From Malacoraja senta (Eukaryota): a stretch of 64,000 nucleotides of DNA. The stretch is from NCBI GenBank assembly GCA_038087875.1, contig CM075989.1:6884001-6948000 (forward strand), read 5' to 3'. Below are positions 50,103-61,509 of the stretch, one piece after another; positions within the stretch are counted from its first letter, which is position 1; each line of letters starts with the position of its first letter. The notes beneath the pieces are model-generated. The model saw nothing but the letters and a program-made list of their open reading frames with translations. It was not told the origin of the DNA and did no database searches. A program made the position numbers and the translations under genes.

Positions 50103-51850
50103 TTTTTTTTTTTTTTTTTTTTTTATGATTTTTTTTAAATTTGTATTTTATTAGAAGTACATTACATTACAACCACATACATTAGTACTTGTCATTTATA
50201 TCTTCTTACAATTAATGTACTCCATTTATTTTTTACACTAGAAAAGGAAAAGATTGAAAGAAAGAAGAAAGTGAAGGAAAAAGTGGAAGTGTAGGAAATG
50301 TGACAACAAAAAAGGACAAAGACCCTATAAGAGCAAAATTAAAAACAAAAGAAAAAGAGTTAAGAAATAGACCCTAGGAAAAAAAGAAAGAGAGAAAGAG
50401 GAAAAAGAGAGAAACAAATATTTTTATGAGCATTACGCAAAATGGGACATACCAACTCTTCAACTATCGTCCCCCCCTTACCTGACCTCAATTTTTTTTT
50501 TTTTTAAGTACTTTTGCACCTTATGTTTGTAATAATTCTATAAATGCAGACCACGTCAGGTGGAAATGATCTGGTTTACCTGCTAGGAGGAGTCTTATCT
50601 CTTCTAGGTGTAATGTTTCAAACATATTTGAAATCCACATATTTATAGTTGGTATTGGAGCCTTCTTCCAAAATTTTAGAATTAGCTTTTTTCCAGTTAT
50701 TAACCCATAGTCCATTAGTTTCTTTTGAAACACATTTAATTCTGGACCATCTTCCGTTATACCGAAGATAATCCATTCTGCTTTGGGTATCAGTCTTGTT
50801 TTAAATAACTTTGTAAAGATTTCAAAAATTTCATTCCAAAATTTTTGAATTTTTGTACAAGAAACGAATGAGTGCGCTATAGTTGCTTCTTGGGATTGAC
50901 ATTTATCACAAATAGATGATACATTTGGGAAAATTTTATGAATTTTAGTTTTCGAATAATATAATCTATGTAAAATTTTAAATAGTATTAAAGTGTGTCT
51001 TACATTAATCGAGCATTTATGCACATTTAATAAGTATTCATTCCAACTTTCCTTTGAAATTTTAATAGCTAACTCTTGTTCCCAGTCTCTTCTGATACCC
51101 TCCGTAGATGGTATTTGTGCATTTAAGATAATATTGTACAAATATGATATTAAGTTTGCTGATTACGCTTTTATCTGCATTGCCTCGTCCAGTACATCTG
51201 CTGGGTTATTATGATGATTTTTTGTATATTTTTTCAAATAGTCGCATATTTGAAAATATTTAAAATATTGATTATTTCCGAGTTTATATTAAACGAAGGG
51301 TTATTAACTATAGGTAATAAAAGTGATAAATTTCTTAATTTTAAATTTTGTTTTATTTGTTTCCAAATTCGGATTGTACTATGAATAATTGGGTTCTTAT
51401 TATAATTTATATTATTCAATTTCATTGGAGAGAGGAGGATCGCTCCAATGTTTCCAGAGGAGCAATCCTCTTTCTCCATTACAATCCAGTCCACTTGCTG
51501 GGCGGAGTTATCCATCAGTTGAATCATATTTTTAATATTTACTGACCAATAATAATACATAAAATTAGGTAGTGCTAAACCCCCTAATACTTTAGGTTTA
51601 TTCAGATGGGTTTTTTGTATTCTATGTGATTTATAGTCCCATATAAAATTAGTGATATCTGAGTCGAGTTTTATAAAAAACGTCTTTGGTAAGTATATAG
51701 GAATTGATTGAAATAGGTATAAAATTTGTGGTAAAAAGATCATTTTTATTGTGTTTATTCGGCCTATTAAAGACATCGGGAGCGTTTTCCAAAATTTAAT
51801 TAGTGTGTTTAATTTATTAAGTAAGGGGTCAAAATTTGCCCAAAACATAC
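50103..51850 (-). mobile_element. 5'-truncated L1 (ORF2 3' part, disrupted)
   Basis: LPMSLIGRINTIKMIFLPQILY, GGLALPN, zinc knuckle CDKC-X8-H-X4-C, poly(A), candidate TSD TTATGATTT (50094-50102, 51851-51859). Apparent deletion/frameshift near 51290. Confidence 0.9.
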
Positions 51851-52144
51851 TTATGATTTCCACAGGAAGAAATGAGAGGGCCACAATACCGTTATTTGAT
51901 CCCAATTGGGTTGGGGTAAAAGAGCTACAGAATTGTACGTGGCAAACTAAAAAAAAGTTGTACTTTGTTGCTCGTCTATTCGCTGATAGAGTTGTGTAGT
52001 CATAGAGTGATACAGTGTGGAAACAGGCCCTTCAACCCTACTTGCCCACACCGTCCAATATATCCCAGCTACACTTGGCCCACCTACCCACGTTTGGTCC
52101 ATATCCTTCCAAGCTTGTCCTATCAATGTACCTATCTAACTGAT

Positions 52145-52637
52145 AGGTACATCATGGCTTGGTTTGGCAACTTGAGGGCCCAGGAGCAGAAAAGACTGCA
52201 AAAAGTTGTAAACACTGCCCAGTCCATCATCGGCTCTGACATCCCTACCATCGAGGGGATCTATTGCAGTCGCTGCCTCAAAAAGGCTGCCAGCATCATT
52301 AAGGATCCACACCATCCTGGCCACTCACTCATCTCCCCGCTGCCTTCAGGTAGAAGGTACATGAGCCTGAAATCTGCAACATGCAGGTTCAGGAATAGCT
52401 CCTTCCCCACAGCCATCATGCTATTAAACTCAACTCAATCAAAACTCTGAACATTAATAGCCCATTGCACTTTATCTGTTTATTTATGTGTGTGTATATA
52501 TATATATATTCAATGGTATATGGTCACACTGATCTGTTCTGTATTTATTTATGTCTACTATATTCTGTTGTGCTGAAGCAAAGCAAGAATTTCATTGTCC
52601 TATCTGGGACACATGACAATAAACTCTCTTGAATCTC
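52145..52637 (+). mobile_element. Rex1/Babar 3' fragment inserted in a minus-strand CR1 (~51995-52870)
   Basis: AWFGNL..KRLQKVVNTAQSIIG..IIKDPHHPGH..LPSGRRY; CR1 sequence resumes at ~52637. Confidence 0.85.
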
Positions 52638-53197
52638 TGACTGTTTCTTAAATGTTGTGATAGTCCCTGCTTCAACTACCTCCTCTGGCAGCTTGTTCCA
52701 TACACCCACAATCCTTTGTGTGAAAAAGTTACCCCGCAGATTCCTGTCAAATCTTTCCCCTTCACCTTAAACCTATGGCCTCTGGTCCTCGATTCACCTA
52801 CTCTGGGCGAGAGACTGTGCAACAGCCCTATCTATTCCTCTCATGATTTTATACACCTCTGTAAGATCATGTTGCACACCAGGATTAAGAGGTGCAAGGT
52901 TAGGCCATTCAATTCCTCAAATTCCTTCTGCCAGTCAATAGCAACTAATATTGCTGATTGACTCCGTTCCAGACTGCAGAAGGACGTGCCGAGGGACTCA
53001 CTGTGTTAGGTGCAGCCAACACCAAGATTGTGTGGCGGAAGCTCAGAGCCTAGGGTCCTTCCACGGCTGGACATTGAGGGGCAGAGTCCAGTGGGGACCC
53101 GTCAAACAAGGGCAGGGATATCACCCCAGGGGGCCACATGAGTGTCAAGGGTTTTTGTTTTGCTTAACAGTAGGTCCGAACACAACCCACTATGACA

Positions 53198-53321
53198 CCT
53201 TCTTCTTGCGTATGGCGTGCAGGACAACTTGTTCTATTTGATCTTATTTGATTGTGCACGCCAGGTTGATTGCATTCATTGAAACAGGGCGGACCACGTG
53301 AAGGTTGCTATCTCCCACCCC
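53198..53321 (-). mobile_element. 124-bp SINE-like retroposon headed by an HDV-like ribozyme fold
   Basis: TSD CCACTATGACA (53187-53197, 53324-53334; 13 bp with 1 mismatch), GGCGTGCA/TGCACGCC stem, (AGA)n tail. Confidence 0.85.
53268..53321 (-). ncRNA. Minimal HDV/CPEB3-like ribozyme fold, probably inactive in this copy
   Basis: P1 GGGGUGG/CCGCCCU, P2 GAUAGCA/UGCAAUC, P3 ACC/GGU, L3 UUCACGU, J4/2 UGAA in place of CGAA. Confidence 0.8.
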
Positions 53322-53784
53322 ATCCACTATGACAATAATGATTGTATGGATGCTGTGAATGTCACATGTTCTGTTTTGTATATACCTTTTATTCTGAATA
53401 AAGTTTATCTTTGGAAATAAAACAAAAAAGTCATCACTAGGAAGAAGGCAGATATTTAGATGTTTGCAGCTGCAATTTGGTTCCATTTTTTAAACTCTGT
53501 CTATACCTTGAAACATTTACCATCAAAGAGTTGAGTTTGCATTGATTTTACAAGCCATTTGTCATGCTGCAGTGACATCCTCCCAACAGTGGTGGCACTA
53601 ATGGCAAGGATGTCGCGTTCTAATGGATGAGTTTGAGTAAATTCAGGAATTTAAATTTGAAAATTATGGGGGTGGAGGAGAAGAAGAAGCTAAATTAAAA
53701 TTTTAAGAGAAGTAAATAAACTATGTGGGAAGTTAGTAATGCTCCTTCAGGTGCACTTTAAAACCCGGATCATTTCAATTTACA

Positions 53785-53995
53785 TAGTTTAGTTTAGTTC
53801 AGTTTAGAGATACAGCGCGGAAACAGGCCCTTCGGCCCACCGAGTCCGTGCCGACCAGTGATCCCCGCACATTAACACTATCCTACACGCACAAGGGACA
53901 ATTGTACACTTGTACCAAGCCTACAAACCCGTATGTCTTTGGAGTGTTGGAGGACACTGAAAATCTCGGAGAAAACCCACGCATGTCACAGGAAA
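53785..53995 (-). mobile_element. V-SINE, partial
   Basis: 3' two-thirds of the family consensus. Confidence 0.75.
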
Positions 53996-54019
53996 TGCTC
54001 CTTGAGGTGCTCTTCTTAA

Positions 54020-54790
54020 TCAATAGACCATAGACAATAGACAATAGGTGCAGGAGTAGGCCATTTGGCCCTTCGAGCCAGCACCACCATTCAATTTGAT
54101 CATGGCTGATCATCCCCAATCAGTACCCCGTTCCTGCCTTCTCCCCATTTCCCCTGACTCCGCTCTTTTTAAGAGCCCTATCTAGCTCTCTCTTGAAAGT
54201 ATCCAGAGAACCGGCCTCCACCGCCCTCTGAGGCAGAGAATGCCACAGACTCACAACCCTCTGTGAGAAAAAGTGTTTCCTCGTCTCTGTTCTAAATGGC
54301 TTACCCCTTATTCATAAACTGTGGCCCCTGGTTCTGGACTCCCCCAACATCGGGAACATGTTTCCTGCCTCTAGCATGTCCAAACCCTTACCAATCTTAT
54401 ATGTTTCAATAAGATGCCCTCTCATCCTTCTAAACTCCAGAGTGTACAAGCCCAGCTGCTCCATTCTCTCAGCATATGACAGTCCCGCCATCCCGGGAAT
54501 TAACCTTGTAAACCTACGCTGCACTCCCTCAATAGCAAGAATGTCCTTCCTCAAATTAAGGGACCAAAACTGCACACAATACTCCAGGTGTGGTCTCACT
54601 AGGGCCCTGTACAACTGCAGAAGGACCTCTTTGCTCCTATACTCAACTCCTCTTGTTATGAAGGCCAACATGCCATTCGCTTTCTTCACTGCCTGCTGCA
54701 CCTGCATGCTTACTTTCATAGACTGATGAACAAGGACCCATTGTACTTCCCCTTTTTCCAACTTGACGCCATTTAGATAGTAATCTTTTC
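54020..54790 (-). mobile_element. CR1 3' fragment
   Basis: QQAVKKANGML..LYRALVRPHLEYCVQFWS..RTRGHSL and (CTATTGT)n tail. Confidence 0.9.
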
Positions 54791-56024
54791 AATTTATTTA
54801 GGTGGACTTGAGTTTTGTATTTCCCAATGTCAAGTGTCACTTAATTCAACTTGAACATTTTGAAATATGTTCCAAGATTGTTGGGGAGTTTTTTTGCGCA
54901 GGCCTGCAACTGCAGTTGAGAGAGCTGAGGAGCGTATCGTGAAATTCCTTGGGAATGTATAACAAATATCAAAAACAGCTGTCGGAGAAAGCGGAATAAA
55001 ATATGAGTTTACAACTCCCATTTGGAATAGGGGAAATTACGTGTCGAAAGTTCAGATGAGGGAGGTCATTATTTCCGGCTGGTTTATCCCCACACAGAAA
55101 CGCAATGATGTATTTTACTGCGTATCCAAACTTTCTTGAGGGATTCGTGCCTGCCTTTGCATTTTTAGCCCGCCAATGTTAATCGTGTGTTGCATAAAAT
55201 GCCGTGCCTGACTTTAGTCCTGTAGTGTACTTGCTTCCTGCCAACGAGGAGCTCTGACTCTTGCCATGAAGTCCCACCAGTGTGGCTGAAACGCCCCGAA
55301 CAATTAACCTTTGCTGCTCCACTCAAAGGCATGAAAGCGGATATGATGAAGTGTATTATTCAGCAGAGTACCCTTTAGTGATTTACCAGCAGGGCGCCTG
55401 CACTTATTCTGCAACTAGCACTTTCAAATGCATTTCTTGTCAATGGGTCAGAGCACACTGACCCACCTTTAGTACCTTCAATAAGACATACCTCACGGTG
55501 AGTGCAGAGAGTTAGCAGCCGATACTCCCTGTGCGCCCCATACTGCACAAGGCCCTCTGTTTTGGCACCATAAATTATTTTCTTTTGAAGAAGTCCAACT
55601 AGAAATTCATCCTCTATGGAAAAACAACACCCTTGCATTGAACTTTGCTTCTAAAGTTTAGTTCTCTTAAACCTGTTAAACAAACTGTTTTCAGTTATAA
55701 AAGAAAAGGCAAGTTGCTGGAGAAGCTCAGTGGGTCAGGCAGCATCTGAGGAGGCAGGCAGGGGATGGTTGCAGTTTTGGGTCAGTATGTTGTATGATTG
55801 ATTTGAAAGATCAGGGAGAGAGAAAGCCTGTGCGTTTCTCATGGCCTTTTCGACTGCAATTACTACGTGCATGCAACAGAGGGTGGAATCTTAATGAACT
55901 TTTAATAATAACCATAATGTTGAACCATATTTAGTTTTCGTAGAGTTAGACTGCTTGAAATCAGGCCATCTGGCTCCACTCATGCATAATTAGCAGGATG
56001 TCTACCTGAGCTAGTTCCATTTAC

Positions 56025-56340
56025 TTTAGTTTAGTTTAGAGATACAGTGCAGAAACAGGCCCTTCAGCCCACTGAGTCCGCGCCGACCAGTGACCCCCCC
56101 ACACTTACACTATCCTACACACACTAGGGACAATTTACAATTGTTTTACCAAGCCTATTAACCTACAAATATGTACATCTTTAGAGTGTGGGGGGAAATC
56201 TGAGCCCCCGGGGAAAACCCATGCGGGTCACAGGGAAAACGTACAAACTCCGTACAGACAGCACCCGTGGTCAGGATTGAACCCGGGTCTCTAACGCCGT
56301 GAGGCAGCAACACTACCACTGCACCATAGTGCCGCCCAGC
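56025..56340 (-). mobile_element. HE1-like V-SINE
   Basis: Same family, reverse strand. Confidence 0.85.
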
Positions 56341-56544
56341 CTATCCCTATGTCTGGCCTATATCCCTCTAAATTTTCCTATCCATGTACATGTCTGAATG
56401 CCTTTTAATCATTGTAATTGTTTGTGTCCCTACCCTCGGATAATTCCGTGTCCATCACCCTCTGTGTGAAAAAGTCCCTCGGATCCTTTTTAAATCTTTC
56501 CCTTCTCGCCGATGCCCTCTAGTTTTGGACTCTCCTACCTTGGG

Positions 56545-58572
56545 AGGAAGCAGAGGGTGATGGTGGAAGGTTGCTTCTCGGGCTGGAGGCCTGTGACTAG
56601 TGGTGTGCTTCAGGGTTCGGTGCTGGGCCCGTTACTGTTTGTCACCTACATCAATGATTTGAATGAGAACATACAGGGCAAGATTAGCAAGTTTGCAAAT
56701 TATACAAAAGTGGGTGGTTTTGCAGATAGTGAAGATGGTTGTGAAAAATTGCAGCAGGACCTTGATCGATTGGCCAGGTGGGCTGAGGAATGGTTGATGG
56801 AATTTAATACTGAGAAATGTGAGGTGTTTTGCATTTTGGGAAGTCTAACACGGGCAGGACCTACACAGTGAATGGTAGGGCTATGCGAAGTGTTGTAGAG
56901 CAGGTGGGTCTCGGAGTGTAAGTGCAGTGTAAGGAAGTGTAAGGAAGAGGGAATTAGGAGCAACACTAGCAAGTTTGCAGATGACACAAAGCTGGGTGGA
57001 AGTGTGAACTGTGAAGAGGATGTTTGGAGGTTGCAGGGTGACCTGGACAGGTTGAGCGATTGGGCAGATGCGTGGCAGATGCAGTATAATATAGATAAAT
57101 GTGAGGTTATCCACTTTGGCGGCCAAAACAAGGGGGCAGATTATTATCTCAATGGGGTTAGGTTAAGTAAGGGGGGGGGTGCAGCGAGACCTGGGCATCC
57201 TTGTACACCGGTCACTGAAAGTTGGCTTACAAGTACATCAGGCAGTGAAGAAAGCAAATGGAATGTTGGCCTTCATAACAAGAGGATTTCAGTATAGGAG
57301 TAAAGAGGTTCTTCTGCAGTTGTATAGGGCTCTGGTGAGACCACATCTGGAGTATTGTGTACAGTTTTGGTCTCCTAATTTGAGGAAGGACATCCTTGTG
57401 ATTGAGGCAGTGCAGCGTAGGTTCACGAGATTGATCCCTGGGATGGCAGGGCTGTCATATGAGGAAAGATTGAAAAGACTAGGCTTGTATTCACTGGAGT
57501 TTAGAAGGATGAGGGGGATCTTATAGAAACATATAAAATTATAAAAGGACTGGACAAGCTAGATGCAGGAAAAATGTTCCCAATGTTGGGCGAGTCCAGA
57601 ACCAGGGGCTGCAGTCTTAGAATAAAGGGGAGGTCATTTAAGACTGAGGTGAGAAAAAAACTTTTCACCCAGAGAGTTGTGAATGTATGGAATTCCCTGC
57701 CACAGAGGGCAGTGGGGGCCAAATCACTGGATGGATTTAAGAGAGAGTTAGATAGAGCTCTAGGGGCTAGTGGGGTCAAGGGATATGGGGAGAAGGCAGG
57801 CACGGGTTATTGATAGGGGACGATCAGCCATGATCATAATGAATGGCGGTGCTGGCTCGAAGGGCCGAATGGCCTCCTCCTGCACCTATTTTCTATGTTT
57901 CTATGTTTCTAAGCATGGTTCCTTGAAGGTCGAGTCGCAGGTTGATAGGGTGGTCAAAAAGGCGTTTGGAACATTGGCCTTCATCAGTCAGTATAGACGT
58001 TGGGAGGTCATATTGCAGTTGTATAAGACGTTGGTGACGCCACATTTAGAGTATTGTGTTCAGTTCTGGGCATCATGTTATAGAAAAGATGTTATCAAGC
58101 TGGAAAGGGTGCAGAGAAGATTTACAAGGATGTTGCCAGGGATAGCGGGTCTGATCTACAGGGAGAGGTTGAGTAGGCTGGGACTCAGCGCAGGAGGCTA
58201 AGGGGTGATCTTATAGAGGTGTAGAAAATCATGAGAGGAATAGGTCAGGTAGATGCACAGAGTCTCTTGCCCAGAGTAAGTGAATTGAGGACCAGAGGAC
58301 ATAGGTTTAAGGTGAAGGGGAAAAGCTTTAATAGGAATCTGAGGGGTAACTTTTTCACACAAACGGTGGTGGGTGTATGGAACAAGCTGCCAGAGGAGGT
58401 AGTTGAGACTATCCCAACATTTAAGAAACAGTTAGACAGGTACATGGATAGGACAGGTTTGGAGGGATATGGACCAAACGCGGGCAGGTGGGACTAGTGT
58501 AGCTGGGACATGTTGGCCGGTGTGGGCAAGTTGGGCCGAAGGGCCTGTTCCCACACTGTATCACTCTATGAC
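56545..58572 (+). mobile_element. CR1 fragment with a second CR1 (~56945-57910) nested inside
   Basis: GV.QGSVLGPLLF RT motif, then a second SKFADDTK...3' UTR, after which the first element resumes at ~57910. Confidence 0.85.
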
Positions 58573-58978
58573 TGTGATCATTTACCTTATCTATGCCTCT
58601 CATGATTTTGAAAGGTCAGGTCACATCTTAATGCTTCCTGTGGCAATGGTTGCTTTTCCAGATCACAGAGAGAGAAAGCCTTGCGTCTATAATGGCCTTT
58701 TCTTACTACCCTGGGAGGTCTCAAAGCACTTTGCTGGTATAACGATGGTGAGCGAACACTGACCCATTAGCACAACATGCAGTTGCAAGCAGTAACATTT
58801 CCAAATGAATGTTCTCACGTTGCTGAACAATCATTAAAGGGCTTTCTGCCGACTGACATTCTTCACGGCTTCAGCTAGAATTGCTGTAATGAAAAAATTT
58901 CAGCAGCCAATCTATACACAGCAAGCTTCCACAGACAGCACCGGGCAGATAACAAGATGATCTGATTTTAAGTGATGT

Positions 58979-59195
58979 GCAGGAAGGAACTGGAGATGCT
59001 GGTTTAAACCAAAGATAGACACAAAAAGCTGGAGAAACTCAGCGGGTCAGACAGTATCTTGGGGGAAAAGGAATAGGTGACGTTTCAGGTTGAGGGCCGG
59101 CTGAAGGAGGGTCTCGACCCGAACCGTCACCTATTCCTTCTCTCCAGAGATGCTGTCTGACCCGCTGAGTTACTCCAGCTTTTTGTGTCTATCTT
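58979..59195. mobile_element. Fold-back Penelope-end insert
   Basis: Inverted arms and a perfect 16-bp TSD TGATTTTAAGTGATGT. Confidence 0.85.
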
Positions 59196-59225
59196 TGATT
59201 TTAAGTGATGTAGGTTGAGGCATAA

Positions 59226-59534
59226 AGGGCCTGTCCCACTTTCCCGAGTTACTCACGAATTCTCCCGAGTTTTCCCCTTGATTCAAACTCGGGGAATGTC
59301 CGTAGCGCGTCCGTAGGAGGCCGTGGGAGTCCGTGGATATATCGTAGCGGCCCGTTATGCCAGCCGTAGGTACTCGGGGCATCAGGTAAGTCGGGACGAT
59401 TTTTCCAGCCTGATCAAAAATGTCCACGAGTAAAAAGATAGTCGGGAGGAGGAGTTCGTAGATCACAAAAATCTTAATTTTTTTTCAAGGTCCTTTCAAC
59501 TCGGCAGAGGACTCGGGAAAGTGGGACAGCCCCT
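59226..59534. mobile_element. Harbinger-type MITE
   Basis: Same TIR as 44857, TAA TSD. Confidence 0.85.
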
Positions 59535-60814
59535 TAAATATTGACCACAAAATTAGGCAGTGGGCCTTGTTTTTCGTTTTGAATGACGTATCGGATCTTT
59601 TCCATGCATTTGGGAGAGGAGGTAGGGTTTGTTTTAATACGTTATTATAAAAGCAGAATAGCAATTGACTGTATTTTCATATAAAACAGTAGCTATGGAC
59701 CACTCCATGGTACTTGTTGAAAATGATCATATGATGAATCTAATTTATACCTGCTGTGGAATGGAGATACAAGTAACTGCAGATGCTGGTTTACAAGAAA
59801 AACCCCCACAAAGTGCTGGAGTAACTCAGCGGGTCAGTCAGTATCTCTGGGAGACAAGGATAGGCGACCATTGGGATTGGGACTGTTCTTCAGACTGATT
59901 GTAGTAGTGGGGAGAAAGCTGGAAAACAGGTGGGTGGGACAAAGTCTGGCAAGTGATAGGTGGATAGCCATAGTGCTGGAGTAACACAGGTAGTCAGGCA
60001 TCATCTCTGGAGAAAAAGGATGGGTGACCTTTCAGGTTGTGACCCTTCTTCAGACTGAGAGTAGGGGGTGGGAGGGGGGCTAGCTGAAGAGCTGGAGGCG
60101 AGGAAAGACTAAGATCAATCTGGGTCAACCATAAAATGACCTCAGGCAGGGTATGGCCTGGTAGGTCCATTGGTAAACATCTTGTCTATTTTAACCAGCA
60201 TCTGCAGTTCATTGAACAGGAACAGGAAAAGGGGGTCGGGTATGTGGGAGAAATGGGTATGCACCAGGATGGGGCACGGGAAAGGGAGGAGGGGAAAAGC
60301 GGAGGTATATTGCGCCAAAATTGAAAAATTCACTGTTCATACTATTGGGTTGTAAGTGTCAGTTGTATGCCTGCAATATCTGCAGCCAGGGGCAATGGAG
60401 GAAAATCCCAAACTAATAAATCAAGTTCAATTGCAGTGTGATTTCTTGCAATGTGATTGTGCCAATTGATGCCAGTGGTATGTGAAATAAACACAATTGC
60501 TTCATTTTACGAGGGTAGCCTTCACCAATCTCCAACGTCAGCAAACGGCCAAGATCCTTATCAGTCAGTGGTCACACAGGCTGATTCAGTATGGAATGAC
60601 TCATGAAAAAGAGGCCCAGAAATGGGAGAACTTCACCAAACTACAAGTGTCATTTTTTTAACCAGTGTGAAGTAAGCAGACATTGAAGATCAATAAGACA
60701 TCGTGAAATACAGGGGACATAGAACAGTATAACATAAGAACAGGCCCTTCGGCCCACAATGCTGTGCTGATCATGATGCTAAGATAATATGTGCAGGAAG
60801 GAACTGCAGATGCT

Positions 60815-61135
60815 AGTTTAGTTTAGTTTAGAGATACAGCACGAAACAGGCCCTTCGGCCCACCGAGTCCGCACCGATCAGCGATCCCCGCACATTAACA
60901 CTATCCGACGCACACTAGGGACAATTTACACATTCACCAAGCCAATTTACCGACATACCTGTACGTCTTCGGAGTGTGGGAGGAAACCGAAGATCTCGGA
61001 GAAAACCCACGTGGTCACGGGAAGAACGTGCACACTCCGCACAGACAGCATCCGTAGTCGGGATCGATCCCGGGTCTCCGGCGCTGCGAGCGTTGTAAGG
61101 CAGCAACTCTACCCCTGCACCACCGTGCCGCCGCA
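60815..61135 (-). mobile_element. HE1-like V-SINE inserted in a Penelope end
   Basis: Penelope-end sequence lies on both sides. Confidence 0.8.
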
Positions 61136-61203
61136 TTTAAAACCGAAGATAGATACAAAAGACTTGAGTAACTCAGCGGGTCAGGCAGCCTCTCTGGATA
61201 GGT

Positions 61204-61231
61204 GACGTTTCGGGTTGAGACCCTTCTTCAG
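61204..61231 (-). ncRNA. Hammerhead-type core motif in a Penelope end
   Basis: Minus strand reads CTGAAGA-A-GGGT-CTCA-ACCC-GAAAC-GTC. Confidence 0.55.
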
Positions 61232-61509
61232 ACTGTGTTCCAGGCTCAGCTCCAGGCACACAACCTCCACGCTGCAGACTGCAAACAAGATAATCTAATC
61301 TTCTCAGCTTGCTCATGATCCATATCCTTCCTTTCCCTGCATACCCATGTGCTTAAGACTTTTAAGCAGCGCTATCATATCTGCCTCTTCCAACAAAGGG
61401 AATATTTTAGTACATCTTTCACCCTTCTGAATTGGAAAATACATTTTCTCAGGAAGAATCAAACCACGAAAGTATTAGATAGATTGATTAGACATATAGG
61501 AAAGAACAA

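Larger units (their letters stand above)
52960..53430 (+). mobile_element. Decayed Tx1/L1-like 3' end (host of the ribozyme SINE)
   Basis: Degenerate ORF2-terminus-like sequence, AATAAA and an A-rich tail. Confidence 0.45.
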
